The notes under the pieces were generated by a model. It had not been told where the DNA came from. It searched no databases and saw only the letters and a program-made list of their open reading frames with translations. Of a stretch of DNA of 64,000 nt, positions 51,771-63,601 are shown piece after piece. The position numbers and the translations under genes were made by a program. The number at the start of each line of letters is the position of its first letter. Positions within the stretch are counted from its first letter, which is position 1. The stretch is from Nannocystis bainbridge (GTDB lineage: Bacteria; Myxococcota_A; Polyangia; Nannocystales; Nannocystaceae), in contig NZ_JAQNDL010000001.1 of the NCBI RefSeq assembly GCF_028368995.1, positions 1,888,001-1,952,000 on the forward strand, given 5' to 3'.

Positions 51771-52571
51771 TCACTTCGGCGCCAGCTTCGCCTTCGGATA
51801 CAGCACGATCTCGATGCGGCGGTTCTTCGCCTTCGACTTGCTGCTCGGGCGGTACTGACCGAACGCGACCGCGGCCAGCCGCGACGGATCGATCTTCGTC
51901 TCGTCCTGAAGATAGTGGACGACGGTCAGCGCGCGCGCGGCCGACAGCTCCCAGTTGGTGACGAACGGCAGCACCGCGTCGTTGGGGGCCGGCGGCTCCT
52001 CGCCCTTCGCGGCCTTCGGGTCGGCCTTGGCGGTCTTGTCGGCCTTGTCGCCCTTCTTGGCCTTGGCCTCTTCGCCCTTCTTCGGCTTGCGAATCACGAT
52101 CGGCGAGTCGTCGGTGTGCCCCTGAACCCACACTTGCTTGTCCTCGATGTCCTTCAGGGCCGCGCCGACCTGCGCCAGCACCTCGCGGCCGTTGTCGGTG
52201 AGGTCGGCCTCGCCGACCGGGAACAGGATCTTGTCGATCAGCTCGACGCGGACCATCCCGTCCTCGGTGGTGACGTCGCCGAACTTGCCGACCACCTCGG
52301 TCAGCTTCTTCTGCAGCGCCTCGGCCTCGTCGGCCTTGACCTTGAGCTCGGTCTCCGACTTGCGCAGGACCTCGCCTTCGGCCTTCTGCGCGTCGAGCTC
52401 GCGCTTGGCCGCGGCCAGCTCTTCCTCGAGCTGCTGCACCCGCGGGTTCGCGCCGGGCTCGGCCTCGCGTGAAGCTGCGGAGCCGGACCCGCCCGGTTGC
52501 TGCGCGCCGCAGGCAGAGCCTGCGATGAATGCCGCGACGGCGACGACTGCACGGAGATGCTTGTTCGGCAT
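51771..52571 (-). CDS. OmpA/MotB-family peptidoglycan-binding lipoprotein
   Basis: GSAC lipobox; coiled coil; VQGHTD; NWELSAARA; FGQYRP; KNRRIEI. Confidence 0.88.
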   Translation of the reverse strand: MPNKHLRAVVAVAAFIAGSACGAQQPGGSGSAASREAEPGANPRVQQLEEELAAAKRELDAQKAEGEVLRKSETELKVKADEAEALQKKLTEVVGKFGDVTTEDGMVRVELIDKILFPVGEADLTDNGREVLAQVGAALKDIEDKQVWVQGHTDDSPIVIRKPKKGEEAKAKKGDKADKTAKADPKAAKGEEPPAPNDAVLPFVTNWELSAARALTVVHYLQDETKIDPSRLAAVAFGQYRPSSKSKAKNRRIEIVLYPKAKLAPK

Positions 52572-53214
52572 GGCGAAAGCGTAGCGGACTCGCGGCCGGC
52601 GCGGGAGCCCGCGATCGTCGATCGGCTCCGCGGGCCACGGTCGGGGTCGCTGGCCCGCACGCGAGCTCGCGGGGCCTGCGCCGAATGTGACACTATGGTC
52701 ATTGTAGCGGACGGGCCGCGCCCGCGTTTGCCGCCCTCGGGTCGCGATGTCCGCCGACCGGTCGGCTCGGACACGGCGTTGCGCGGCCGCTCCGGTGACG
52801 TCGATCACGGCTATCATTCAGCGATCGGGCGATCACCGGCGATCGGGAATTACCCGCAGCGTTCGTCGCGCAATGTGCGGACTCCCCGCGAAGGGGCGGA
52901 GATACACACAGCATAATCCCGAGGATCAGCGCGGAGTTCTCCCGCGTGGGGGCCTAGGGCCGCACGAAGAACATCGTTGGGGGCGCCGTTGCACCGTCCT
53001 CACGGACGGATCACGACTATCGGGCGTGATCGGCGTGACTACGAGCGGACGTGACGACGAAAAAATAACTGGGCCTGAACGGGGCCGATCGTGCATTCTC
53101 AGTACCACTTCGGGGCGCGAATGGCGCCTCCGAGTGAGCGCATTCGTACGCGCGGACGAATGCGCGTCCGTCCACCATTCCATTGGTCATTACCCGCAAT
53201 ACAGAGAGAACGTC

Positions 53215-53439
53215 ATGAAGAACGACAAGAAGAGCAAGAAGCAGCTGAAGGACCTGTTCATCGAGGACCTCGGCCAGGTCACCGGCGGCAAGGGCCCGAT
53301 CTACACCACGCTCGCCCTCGGCGAGGAGGGCCCGGAGCCCACCACGCTCGCCATCGGCGAGGAGGACCCGCCGATGACCACCCTCGCCATCGGCGAGGAG
53401 GGCGGCGGCCCGACCACCAAGGCGCTGGGCGAGGAATAG
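53215..53439 (+). CDS. Graspetide precursor peptide, plesiocin (PsnA2)-type, four TTxxxGEE cores
   Basis: MKNDKKSKKQLKDLFIEDLGQVTGG leader (LFIEDL plus double-Gly), then TTLALGEE, TTLAIGEE, TTLAIGEE and TTKALGEE. Confidence 0.93.
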   Translation: MKNDKKSKKQLKDLFIEDLGQVTGGKGPIYTTLALGEEGPEPTTLAIGEEDPPMTTLAIGEEGGGPTTKALGEE

Positions 53440-53446
53440 CCCGTCT

Positions 53447-53485
53447 GCGAGCGCCGGGGGCGGCTCGTCTGCCCCCGGCGCTCGC
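53447..53485 (+). terminator. 15-bp GC stem-loop just after the precursor gene
   Basis: GCGAGCGCCGGGGGC-9 nt-GCCCCCGGCGCTCGC, with no U-tract. Confidence 0.7.
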
Positions 53486-53539
53486 CGCTTCGTCCGCGTC
53501 GCTCGCCCCTGCAACCTCGTACTCTCCAGGCGTTTTTCC

Positions 53540-54487
53540 ATGTCCGATTCTCCGATCGTCATCGTCGGCTCGCTCCAAGATCCGCACGCGGCCGCCGTCT
53601 TCGAGGGAGTGCGCGCCCGCGGCTGCGAGCCGGTGGTGCTCGACGCCCAGCAGTTCCCGGAGGACCTGCCGATCGCGCTCGGCGAGGCGCCCGAGGACAT
53701 CGTGATCGCGGGCCGCCGCGTCGGTCGCCCCGCGGCCGTGTACGTGCGCAGCCTCTACCAGAGCCCCGCGGCCTACGGCGTCGACGCCGACGAGGCCATG
53801 AAGGAGGACTGGCGGCGCACGACCCTGGCGTTCCGCGAGCGCTCGACCCTGCTGTCGGCGATCCTGCTGCGCTGGGAGGCGCTGGGCGCCGCGTTCTACA
53901 ACCCGACGGGCACCGCCCACAACATCACCAAGCCGTACCAGATCGCGCTGCTGCAGGCCGCCGGCCTGCCGGTGCCGGCCACGCTGTGGACCAACGATCC
54001 CGCGGCGGTGCGGCGGTTCTGCGACCTCCACGGCGACGTCGTCTACAAGCCGGTCGCCGGCGGCGCCGCGACCCGCAAGGTCGAGGCCAAGGACCTCGTC
54101 GACGAGCGCCTGGACAAGCTCCAGGCCGCGCCGGTGTGCTTCCAGGAGCTGCTGCCGGGCGACGACGTGCGCGTCTACGTGATCGACGGCGCCGTCGTGT
54201 GCGCCCTGCGGATCGTCACCGACGCGATCGATTTCCGCCAGAACGAGCAGCGCATCGAGCCGATCGCGCTCGACGACGCCGTCGCCCGCGAGTGCGTGCG
54301 CGCGGCCGAGATCATCGGCCTGCGCTACACCGGCATGGACATCAAGGCCGACCGCCACGGCCGCTCCAGGATCCTCGAGCTGAACCCCTCGGCGATGTTC
54401 CTCGGCTTCGAGGCCCGCGCCGGCGTCGACATCCGCGGCCCGCTGTGCGACGCTCTGCTCGCGCATCGGGGCCGACGCGGCGCCTGA
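53540..54487 (+). CDS. ATP-grasp ligase (RimK-like), graspetide macrocyclase (PsnB-like)
   Basis: KPYQ; GLPVPATLWTND; VYKPVAGG; FQELLPG; DFR; ILELNPS. Confidence 0.92.
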   Translation: MSDSPIVIVGSLQDPHAAAVFEGVRARGCEPVVLDAQQFPEDLPIALGEAPEDIVIAGRRVGRPAAVYVRSLYQSPAAYGVDADEAMKEDWRRTTLAFRERSTLLSAILLRWEALGAAFYNPTGTAHNITKPYQIALLQAAGLPVPATLWTNDPAAVRRFCDLHGDVVYKPVAGGAATRKVEAKDLVDERLDKLQAAPVCFQELLPGDDVRVYVIDGAVVCALRIVTDAIDFRQNEQRIEPIALDDAVARECVRAAEIIGLRYTGMDIKADRHGRSRILELNPSAMFLGFEARAGVDIRGPLCDALLAHRGRRGA

Positions 54488-54495
54488 GGGACACC

Positions 54496-55455
54496 GTGAG
54501 CGAGCCCAGAAACCACGAGGCGGACCAGGCCGCGCGGCGCGTCGTGTTTCGCGACGCCGCCCTCGCGGCCCACCGCGGCGCCTCGCGGCCCGGGCACCCG
54601 CTGCACATCGTCCCCACCTGGACGCGCTGGGCCGTCACCGTGACCCTCTTGCTGGTCGGCGCCGGCCTGGTGTTCGCCGCCACCGTGCGCGTCGGCGAGT
54701 ACGCCGAGGGCCGCGCGGTGGTCCGCCGCGAGGGTCGGCTCGTCGTCACCACCTCCGCCTCCGGCACCGTGCAGAGCATCCCCGTGCGCCTCGGCCAGCG
54801 CGTCGAGGCCGGCGAGGTGCTGGTGCGCCTCGACGACGCCTCGCAGCGGGCCGAGCTCGCGCGCGTCGAGCGAGAGTACGAGCAGCGCCTGGTCGAGCTG
54901 CTGCGGGCCCCCGCCGACGACACCCGGCGCGAGCGCCTGGCCGCGCTCGACGGCCAATTGCAGCTCGCGCGCGCGCGGGCGGCCGAGCGCTCGGTGGTCG
55001 CGCCGGAGCCCGGCGTGGTGTCCGACGTGCGCGTGCGCCCGGGCCAGGCGCTGGCGCCCGGCGACGCCGTCGTCGCGGTCGAGCAGGACGCCGCCCAGAC
55101 CGTCGTCGTCGGCCTGTTCCCCGGCCACTACCGGCCGCTGCTCGGCGCCGCCGACACCCGCCTGTCGCTCGCGCTCGAGGGCTTCCCCGACAGCCGCCAG
55201 GACGTCGTCGTGCGCACGGTCGCCGACGAGGTCGTCGGTCCGGCCGAGGCCATGCGCTACCTCGGCCGCGACCGCGAGGGCGCGCTCGACCTCAGCGGCC
55301 CGGTGGTGGTCGTCGTCACCGTCTTGCCGGCCGACACCTTCGTCGCCGACGGCACCGAGTACCGCGTCTACGACGGCATGCAGGGCACGCTCGAGGCCAA
55401 GGTGCGCTCGGCGACGCTGCTGGAGACCCTGGTCCCGGCGCTGCAACAACTCTGA
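54496..55455 (+). CDS. HlyD-family membrane fusion protein
   Basis: VFRDAAL N-terminus, one TM segment, SGTV...VRLGQRVEAGEVLV lipoyl-like half motifs. Confidence 0.85.
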   Translation: MSEPRNHEADQAARRVVFRDAALAAHRGASRPGHPLHIVPTWTRWAVTVTLLLVGAGLVFAATVRVGEYAEGRAVVRREGRLVVTTSASGTVQSIPVRLGQRVEAGEVLVRLDDASQRAELARVEREYEQRLVELLRAPADDTRRERLAALDGQLQLARARAAERSVVAPEPGVVSDVRVRPGQALAPGDAVVAVEQDAAQTVVVGLFPGHYRPLLGAADTRLSLALEGFPDSRQDVVVRTVADEVVGPAEAMRYLGRDREGALDLSGPVVVVVTVLPADTFVADGTEYRVYDGMQGTLEAKVRSATLLETLVPALQQL

Positions 55456-55470
55456 GATCGGCCGCCCGTC

Positions 55471-57678
<2,208 letters not shown>

Positions 57679-57691
57679 CGCTCCCGTACAA

Positions 57692-57890
57692 AATGGATGC
57701 TCGTTCGGACATGTCCCTCTCGACATGCCCCGAGAGACATCTCGACACCTCGACCGGCGCGGGCTTGCGAACCCGGCAGCGTCATGCCGCGCTGCCCGAC
57801 CGGCCACAGCCGCCGCGCTCGCCCGCCCGCCGGCGATTCGTCGCCACGGCACGACATGTCCTCGCGGACATGTCCTTCGTGCCATGCCTG
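57692..57890. repeat. 14-bp-period arrays (4 + 3 units) inside the RiPP cluster
   Basis: Cores at 57696, 57710, 57724, 57738 and at 57855, 57869, 57883. Confidence 0.8.
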
Positions 57891-58727
57891 CTCGCCGCCC
57901 TGCTCGCCGCCTGCAGCGAGCCCGCGCCCGCACGGGTCGACGCCGCCCCGGCCGAGCACCGCCCCGCGTCCACCACCGCGCCCGCCCTCGCCCCCGCGCC
58001 GATGGTCGGCGTGCTGGTGCCCGAGGCCGAGGTCGTGCTGGTCTCGTCCGGCTTCTCGCGGCTGGAGCGGCTCGACCTCGAGGTCGGCGACCACGTCGAC
58101 CAGGGGGAGGTCGTCGCCGAGATGGACGTGCGCGGCGATCGCAGCGAGCTCGCGGCCGCGACCGCCGCGTGGAAGGCCTCGAGCGCCGAGCTCGAGCGGC
58201 TCGAGCTCGAGCTCGATCGGGCCCGGGTCACCCGCGCCGACGTCGAGCAGCTCGAGGACTACGTCTCGCGCGCCGAGCTCCGCGAGCAGCGCTACGCCGA
58301 GAAGCTCGCGGCCGCCCGCAAGCGCGGGGCCGGGGCCTCGATGTCGCAGCAGCGCAGCAAGATGGAGGAGGCCACCGCGCGGATCGCCGAGGCCGAGCTG
58401 CGGGCCCCGTTCGCCGGCGTCATCGCCAGCCGCCACGTCGACGCCGGCGCCACCTTGACCGCTGGCGAGCCGGTCGTGCGCCTGATCTCCGACGCCCGCG
58501 TGCTCCGCTTCGCCGTCCCCGAGGCCCGCAGCCAGGCCCTGCGCCTCGGCGCCCCCGTCAGCGTGCGCTTCGCCGGCGGCCCCGAGGTCGCCGCCGAGGT
58601 GATCACGATCGCCCCCGAGATCGAGGTCGGCACCCGGCTGATCTTCGCCGAGGCGCGCCTCGCCGGCGACCAGGCCGCGGCCCTGCGCGTCGGCACCGTC
58701 GCCGAGGTCCGCTTCGCCGGCGACTGA
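57870..58727 (+). CDS. RND/HlyD-type periplasmic adaptor lipoprotein
   Basis: MSFVPCLLAALLAAC lipobox; VGDHVDQGEVV; LRAPFAGVI; FAVPE. Confidence 0.82.
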   Translation: MSFVPCLLAALLAACSEPAPARVDAAPAEHRPASTTAPALAPAPMVGVLVPEAEVVLVSSGFSRLERLDLEVGDHVDQGEVVAEMDVRGDRSELAAATAAWKASSAELERLELELDRARVTRADVEQLEDYVSRAELREQRYAEKLAAARKRGAGASMSQQRSKMEEATARIAEAELRAPFAGVIASRHVDAGATLTAGEPVVRLISDARVLRFAVPEARSQALRLGAPVSVRFAGGPEVAAEVITIAPEIEVGTRLIFAEARLAGDQAAALRVGTVAEVRFAGD

Positions 58728-58778
58728 ACGCATGCCTCTCGGGACATGCCCCAAAGAACATGTCTTCAAATTTATGTT
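58727..58778. repeat. 14-bp-period array, 4 units
   Basis: Cores at 58731, 58745, 58759 and 58773 (TATG). Confidence 0.8.
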
Positions 58779-58860
58779 CACTCAAACGCGAACGATCCGC
58801 CGGTCGCCCGTTCGCCGCTGAGCCCTCGTGCCGCCGCGCCATCCGCGATAAGGTCGTGGC

Positions 58861-59140
58861 GTGGGCCTCTTCGACCTCTTCAAGCGCAAGGCCGCGGCCG
58901 ACCAACCGCCGCGCCGACCAGCCCTGCCCGCCCGCCCTCGCGCGACCAGGCCGACTGGCAACGCCGGCTGCTGGAACACGCCCATCAGTGCCACGCCGCC
59001 CGACCGATCCCCGCGCGCGAGGTCATGGACCCGGCACTCTGTGGGGCCCGCGCCACGGGCTGCAGGTCGAGAACCTGTGGAGCTGGGACGGATCGCAGCT
59101 CGACCTCGTCGAGGAGGCGATCGCCCACCAGCGCTACTGA
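58861..59140 (+). pseudogene. Probable degraded small gene
   Basis: A plausible N-terminus (MGLFDLFKRK) and a plausible C-terminus (LQVENLWSWDGSQLDLVEEAIAHQRY*) lie in different frames. Confidence 0.4.
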
Positions 59141-59220
59141 CCGACCTCGTCCAATGATTTTCTCGCGTTCGTCGCGCGCCGAGAAACCTCCCGCCCGCCG
59201 CGCGCATCCGAGACACATCC

Positions 59221-59829
59221 ATGCTTCGCCCCCTCCTGTGTTCGCGCCGACGTCTGGGCGCCGCGCTCGGCCTGGCGGGCCTGCTCGCCCTGCCGACGAG
59301 CGCCTGCAAGCCCGCCACGCCCTCCACCGCCCCCGCGTCGGCCCCCGAGCCCGAGGCCGCCGTGGCCCTCACCACCGTCCTCTTCACGCGCCACGGCGAG
59401 AAGGCCACCGACGATCCGCGCGATCCGGGCCTGAGCCCCGCCGGTGAGGCGCGCGCGCAGGCGCTGGCCGCCCTGCTCGTGCGCGCCGGCGTCACCCACC
59501 TGTTCGCCAGCGAATACCGGCGCACCCAGGCGACCCTGCGCCCGCTCGCCGACGCCACCGGCGTGCAGATCGCCGTCCTGCCCGCCGGCGCCCCGCAGGA
59601 GCTCGTCGCGGCCCTGCGCGCGCTCCCGGCCGGGGCGGTGGCGGTCGTCGCCGGCCACTCCAACACCGTGCCCGGCCTCGTCGAGGCGCTCGGCGGCCAG
59701 GTGCGCGACACCGTCGAATCTGGCGGCCAGCCGAACCTCCCCGACGACGCCTACGATCGCCTGTTCGTCGTCACCCTGCCGGGCGCGCGCGGCCAGGTCC
59801 ACACGCTCGAGCTGCGCTACCGCCCGTGA
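59221..59829 (+). CDS. Histidine phosphatase (phosphoglycerate mutase-like) lipoprotein
   Basis: TSAC lipobox; TRHGE; SEYRRTQAT; VAGHSNT. Confidence 0.88.
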   Translation: MLRPLLCSRRRLGAALGLAGLLALPTSACKPATPSTAPASAPEPEAAVALTTVLFTRHGEKATDDPRDPGLSPAGEARAQALAALLVRAGVTHLFASEYRRTQATLRPLADATGVQIAVLPAGAPQELVAALRALPAGAVAVVAGHSNTVPGLVEALGGQVRDTVESGGQPNLPDDAYDRLFVVTLPGARGQVHTLELRYRP

Positions 59830-59844
59830 GCCGCGCCGGCGCGG

Positions 59845-61040
59845 TCACGCCTCGAACAGGTCCGCGTCCGGATCTCGCTCGCCCCGGATCGCCGCCGCCA
59901 CGATCTCGCTGGCGATCGCCGAGTACGTGATGCCATTGCCGCCGAACCCCATCACCGCCCACGCGTGCGGCAGCCCGGGCACCGCCGCGATGCGCGGCAG
60001 CCCGGTGGCGCTGGTCCCGAACGCGCCGGCCCAGCGGTGTTCGACCTTCAGCGTCAATGCCGGCAGCAGCTCGCCCAGCGCCGCCACCACCTGCGCGCAT
60101 TTGCGGCGCAGCCGCTCCGGGTCGGCGTGGGCCGTCGGCCCGTCCTCGTCTTCGCCGCCGGCCACCACCCGGCCGTCGGGCGTGGTCCTCACATACAGGT
60201 ACGGCGACGACGCCTCCCACACCAGCGTGCGCTTCAGCCACTCCGGGCAGCGCGTGCGCGGCCGCGACGCCAGCGCCCAGGTCGACACCACCTTCGCCCC
60301 GTCGGTCGGCACGCACTTCGGGAATTCATAGCCGCAGCAGAACACCACCGCCCGGGCGCGCACCGCCGGCCCCGCCGTCGTCGTCAGCGTCACCCCCTCC
60401 GGATCGCCGAAAGCCTCCGCCACCTCGACCGGCGATCGATCGCCCGGCGCAGCAGCCCTGCCGTCAATCGCCCCGGGTCGGCGCAAGCTGACCCTTCGGA
60501 CAGGATCGCCCCCGTGCGCGGCACCGCGAACCGCTCGCGCAGCTCCTCCGCCGCCACGAACCGGCTGGGCAGCCCCAGCTCGGCCCGCGCCGCCGCCTCC
60601 TCCTCCAGCGCCCGCGCTCCGTACAGGTCACCGGCCACGTACAGCGTCGCCCGCGGCTGCAGCCCGCAGCGGATCCGATCCTCGGCCACGATCTCGCGCA
60701 GCGCCGCCACCCCCGCGTACGAGCGCGCATAGGCCCGCCGCGCCCGCGCCGGACCGACGCGCCGTCCCAGGTCGACCAGCGAGCGATCGATCTCCCACTG
60801 GATCAGCGCCGTCGAAGCGATCGTCGAGCCCATCAGCGGCGCCCGGCGGTCGAGCACCGCCACCGTGTGATCGCGGGCCAGCTCGCGGGCCATCAGCGCC
60901 CCGCTGACGCCCGCGCCGACCACCGCCACATCGACCGCGATCGCCTCCGTCAGCGGCCGCACCGGCACCCCGAGGCCCGGGCTGAGGGTCCACAACGAGC
61001 GGCCGGTACGGAGATTTCGCTCGCGGGTGAGACGGGCCAT
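59845..61040 (-). pseudogene. FAD-dependent oxidoreductase (DAO family), frameshifted near 60435
   Basis: The N-half (DVAVVGAGVSG, GSTIASTA) and the C-half (CCGYE, WAGAFG, GFGGNGITYS) are in different frames. Confidence 0.8.
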
Positions 61041-61595
61041 GCGCGCGGACGGGCAAGCTAACACAGTTCTGTCCGGCCCACCGGGCCCGCGCCGCGGCCG
61101 AGTCCGGTGCATCGATTCAGGACACGCGTCGCGCCTCGGTCTCGGCCCGCGATCGCGACCGCCGCGACAGCACTGCTCGCTCCGCCGAGATCTCTCCTGC
61201 GTCCCCACGACGGGCCCCGTGGCAGGCAGCGAGCACGCGTCCAATCACGTCAGGGCGCGCGTGCGCACGAGCGAGCCAAACCGGCGACCAGCCTCTGGCG
61301 GAGCGGCGTCATCCACCTGCCATTGCCCGCGCGCCCGCCCCCGCAAACTCGTGCCATTGCCCCGCAGATTGCCACGACTCGCCGGTCGTACGAAATCGCG
61401 CCACCACTCATTATGCCTTCTTCACAGGCAGACTGGCGCACCGGCCATTCACGCTAGGACAAGTGCGTGTATCTCCGCCAGACTCTGCAGTTTGCCCACC
61501 CTGGCATCAACCCTACAGCTACCTCTACAAAGCTTCTCCCTGCAAATTTGCATCATCTTTGACGCCCTGTCGTCCGTGGCGCCCCGACCCGGCGT

Positions 61596-63029
61596 ATGCC
61601 AACCTCCCGCTATCCGGTCATGCCTGAGGTGTTATCCACCGGTTCATTGTTGTTGCGGGGACTGTTCACCGTCCGCAGCGAGGATCACGACGTGGTCCGG
61701 CGGGCGCGGTCGTTCATAACCCTCTGTATCACCTTCGCCGCGATCACCGTATTGCTGGCGATCCCGATCGGCCTCGCCGATCCGGCCGGCGACCTGCCGA
61801 TGAGCTTCGTCGTGCTCGCCTCGGTGATATGCAACTATAGCCTCGGTATCATGTTCGCGCGGCGCGGCTGGGTCGACCTCGCCGGCATATTCGTCAGCGC
61901 CAACCTCAGCCTCAGCGTCGCCGCCGCGATCCTGTTCCGCTTCCACGGGCTCAACGACGGCATCTGGTTTATGGCGCTCGGCGTGATCATCTCGGGCCTC
62001 GCCCTGCGCCCGCGGTTCATCTGGTGGATGCTCGCGCTCAACCTGGCGCTCACCACCCTCATGCTGGTGTACCTCCCGCCCAGCAGCCACGGCCCCTATT
62101 ACAACTTCGGCAAGCTGATGATCCTCGACGCCTTGCTGGTGACGACGGCGACCGCCGCCTTCATCGACGCCACCCGCAGCCGCGACCTGTTCCGCCGGCA
62201 GAACCGCGCCGTCGAGGACCTCAAGGTCGCCCGCGAGCGCGCCGACCTGGCCAACAACACCAAGAGCATCTTCCTCGCCAACATGTCGCACGAGCTGCGC
62301 ACCCCGCTCAACGCGATCATCGGCTTCTCCGAGATGCTCGAGGAGGACACCGACGATCCGGGCGTGCGCGCCGACCTGACCAAGATCCACGGCGCCGGCA
62401 GTCACCTGCTCGCCATCATCAGCGACATCCTCGACCTCTCCAAGGTCGAGGTCGGCAAGTTCGAGGTCCGGGCCGACTGGTTCGACCTCAGCGAGTTCGT
62501 GGCGCGCCTGCAGAGCCTCGCCGCGCCGCTCGCGGGCGTACACCGCAACCGGCTCGTCGTCTCGGGCGACGCCTCCGGGGCCGTGTTCACCGACGAGGTC
62601 CGCCTGCGCCAGGCCCTGCTCAACCTGCTCAGCAACGCCTGCAAGTTCACCGAGGGCGGCACCATCGAGCTGTCGATCCACAAGGTCTACGGCCGCGGCG
62701 AGACGAGCATCGAGTTCAAGGTCGTCGACACCGGCATCGGCATCGCCGCCGACGACCTCGAGCGGATCTACATGCCGTTCGTGCAGGTCGACGACAAGTC
62801 CACGCGGCGCCAGGGCGGCACCGGCCTCGGGCTCGCGCTCACGCGCGAGATCGTCCAGCTGCTCGGCGGCTGCATCAACGTCACCAGCCGCCTCGGCGTC
62901 GGCACCACCTTCACGATCGCCGTCCCGCGCCGCTGGACCGCCGAGCCCGCGCCGGCCCGCGTCCCCACGCTGCCGCCCCGCCGCGCCGTGGCCGCCCCGC
63001 TGACCGCCCTGCGCTCCCTCTCGCATTGA
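61596..63029 (+). CDS. Membrane sensor histidine kinase
   Basis: About 6 TM segments; FLANMSHELRTPLNAIIG; NLLSNACKFT; DTGIG; GTGLGL. Confidence 0.93.
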   Translation: MPTSRYPVMPEVLSTGSLLLRGLFTVRSEDHDVVRRARSFITLCITFAAITVLLAIPIGLADPAGDLPMSFVVLASVICNYSLGIMFARRGWVDLAGIFVSANLSLSVAAAILFRFHGLNDGIWFMALGVIISGLALRPRFIWWMLALNLALTTLMLVYLPPSSHGPYYNFGKLMILDALLVTTATAAFIDATRSRDLFRRQNRAVEDLKVARERADLANNTKSIFLANMSHELRTPLNAIIGFSEMLEEDTDDPGVRADLTKIHGAGSHLLAIISDILDLSKVEVGKFEVRADWFDLSEFVARLQSLAAPLAGVHRNRLVVSGDASGAVFTDEVRLRQALLNLLSNACKFTEGGTIELSIHKVYGRGETSIEFKVVDTGIGIAADDLERIYMPFVQVDDKSTRRQGGTGLGLALTREIVQLLGGCINVTSRLGVGTTFTIAVPRRWTAEPAPARVPTLPPRRAVAAPLTALRSLSH

Positions 63030-63060
63030 ACCGCGCGCGCCGGCCCGCGCGCGGTTTCTC
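63029..63060 (+). terminator. Putative terminator hairpin
   Basis: AACCGCGCGCG-6 nt-CGCGCGCGGTT followed by TCTC. Confidence 0.5.
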
Positions 63061-63146
63061 GCGCCGTTCGTAGCCGCGGTCACCCGCTCGCGCGCACGCC
63101 CATGCTTCGCCGCCGATCCGCGCAACGCTTGGTGGCCGGAGGAGAC

Positions 63147-63575
63147 ATGGGACATCACCATCACAAGCGCGGCGAGAATTGCCATCACGGCTGGTGGGCG
63201 ACCTCGGACGCGGCCGGCCATCATCACCACAAGCGCGGCCACGACTGCGGCCACGGCGTGTGGGCCACCGACTCGGTGAACGGCCACCACCATCACAAGC
63301 GCGGCGGTGATTGCGTCGAGCACCACCGCTGGGCCACCGGCGAAGACGTCGCCGACGGCCGCTTGCTGACCGACGAAGAGTTCTCCGACGACCCGGGCGT
63401 CGCCTGCGATCTCTCGACCACCGACCGCCGCCCGTACGCCGAGATCGAGGCCGAGCTGGCGACCGAGCCCGCCGCCGAGCTCGAGCCCGAGCTCGAGGCC
63501 GAGCTGGTCGCCGAGCTCACCGCCGAGTTCGCGCCCGAGCTCGCTGTCCCCGCCCCGCCGCCTGGCCCGCGCTGA
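63147..63575 (+). CDS. Small protein with three GHHHHKRGxxCxxxxWAT repeats and an acidic tail
   Basis: Strong GGAGGAG RBS; 22-aa repeat conserved at protein level with synonymous codon variation. Confidence 0.8.
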   Translation: MGHHHHKRGENCHHGWWATSDAAGHHHHKRGHDCGHGVWATDSVNGHHHHKRGGDCVEHHRWATGEDVADGRLLTDEEFSDDPGVACDLSTTDRRPYAEIEAELATEPAAELEPELEAELVAELTAEFAPELAVPAPPPGPR

Positions 63576-63601
63576 CGCGCCGGACTCCGCTCCGGCCCCG
63601 C

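Noticed and set aside
51771-52571. Flagellar stator motB
   Set aside because: It has a lipoprotein N-terminus without the MotB TM Asp motif, and no adjacent motA.
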